Below, in pieces: positions 62,777 to 64,000 of a stretch of DNA of 64,000 nt; the stretch's first letter is position 1; each line of letters begins with the position of its first letter. The notes beneath the pieces were generated by a model, which saw nothing but the letters and a program-made list of their open reading frames with translations, ran no database searches and was not told the DNA's origin. A program made the translations under genes and the position numbers. This DNA is from Hemiscyllium ocellatum (lineage: Eukaryota), in assembly GCF_020745735.1 (NCBI RefSeq), contig NW_026867467.1:1-64000 (forward strand), in the 5' to 3' direction.

Positions 62777-63057
62777 CAGTTGATCCAGTCAGCTCCCACC
62801 TCTCTCTACCTGGAACACATTTCCCCCAGCTATGGATCATACCAACAATCATCCTTGTGGATTAGAGAAGGGTGTTGGAGAAAACAACAAGTTAATGGTT
62901 TAACCCAGGTCAGTCCCTGTCCCTCACCACAGGTCTCTTGATGTGGAATACACACAGACACAAAGCTGCAGTTTCACATCTAGAACAGCCAGAGCACATG
63001 GTTACAACATAAATTGCAATTTTGCACAAGTTACTGCAAGTTTGTTCCACAAATGAT

Positions 63058-63280
63058 CACTGTCTGTGTGGAGTTTGCACATTCTCCCCATACCCACGTG
63101 GGTTTCCTCACACAGTCCAAAGATATGCAGGTCAGGTGAATTAGCCATGTTAAATTGCCCATAATGTTAGGTATATTTGTCAGAGGGAAATGGGTCTGGG
63201 TGGGTTACTCTTTGGAGGGTCGGTATGGAATTGTTGAGCCAAGTGGCCAGTTTCCAAACTGGAGGGAATTGAATCTGATT
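63058..63280 (+). mobile_element. 5'-truncated V-SINE/HE1-like SINE
   Basis: GTGTGGAGTTTGCACATTCTCCCC core. Confidence 0.82.
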
Positions 63281-63282
63281 GC

Positions 63283-64000
63283 CCCTTACCTTCCTTCAAT
63301 CACCTTAAAATTGTGACTTCTTGGGAAAAGTTTCTGTCCATCTACTCTATCTATTTCTCTCATTACCTTGTACACTTCCATCAAGTCACCTCTCTTCCTT
63401 CTTCTTTCAAATGAGTAAAGCCGTAACTCACTCAACCTCTCTTCATGAGACAAGCCCTCCAATCCAGACAGCATCCTTTACTCTATCTACAGCACCATTG
63501 GCCTTTGTGTCATTGAAAAACTTACCAACCCACCCTTCCACTTCTTCATCCAAGTCATTTATATAAACACAAAGAGCAGAGGCCCAAAAACCTATCCCTG
63601 AGGGATATCAATGGTCACCAACCTCCATGGTGGAATACTTTTCCATCCACTACCACTCACTGTCTTCTTTCTGCTGGCCAATTCTGTATCCAGGCAGCCA
63701 AATTCCCCTGTACTCCTTAACGCTCTGAATGAGCTTACCATAGGTAACCTTATCAAATGCCTTTCTGAAATCCATATATACCACATCCACTGCTCGATTG
63801 GTTTTGCGTGTGGGAAATCATGTCTCACGAGCTTGATTGAGTTTTTCGATGAAGTAACAAAGAGGATTGATGAGGGCAGAGAGCTGGACATGATCTCCAT
63901 GGACTTCAGTAAGATACTCGACAAGGTTCCTCATGGAACACTGGTTGGAAGGTTAGGTTGCATCGAATACAGGGAGAACTAGCCATTTGGATACAACATG
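63283..64000. mobile_element. CR1-type RT fragments: minus strand to ~63795, plus strand from ~63796
   Basis: LLSGLEGLSHEERLSELRLYSFERRR on the minus strand; GKSCLTSLIEFFDEVTKRIDEGRELDMISMDFSK on the plus strand. Confidence 0.85.

Noticed and set aside
63780-63810. Strand switch in CR1 RT (also ~17710) as a twin-priming inversion
   Set aside because: The two sides cover overlapping RT regions with different sequence and I see no shared TSD, so independent insertions are simpler.

Overview
Eukaryotic, repeat-dense genomic DNA from a cartilaginous fish (shark-type; inferred from the immunoglobulin architecture and repeat families, species not determinable). The only host gene I can support is one unrearranged immunoglobulin heavy-chain (IgM-type) cluster on the minus strand at about 1.05-2.9 kb: leader exon, VH exon, D1, D2 and JH, with the 23 / 12-22 / 12-12 / 23 RSS layout. 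Its constant exons should lie beyond the left edge. I detected no further Ig segments in the remaining ~61 kb upstream. That region holds many CR1-type LINE fragments, tRNA-derived SINEs, a full-length but disabled L1 with a 13-bp TSD, two Penelope-like (RT + GIY-YIG) fragments, a 4.2-kb 33-bp minisatellite, a decayed retroviral gag and a ~600-bp inverted duplication. The most interesting layer is about a dozen short Penelope-derived insertions carrying minimal hammerhead-ribozyme motifs. These include fold-back palindromes and one TSD-flanked 669-bp unit with two tandem hammerheads 570 nt apart (retrozyme-like). Coordinates of decayed repeats are approximate.
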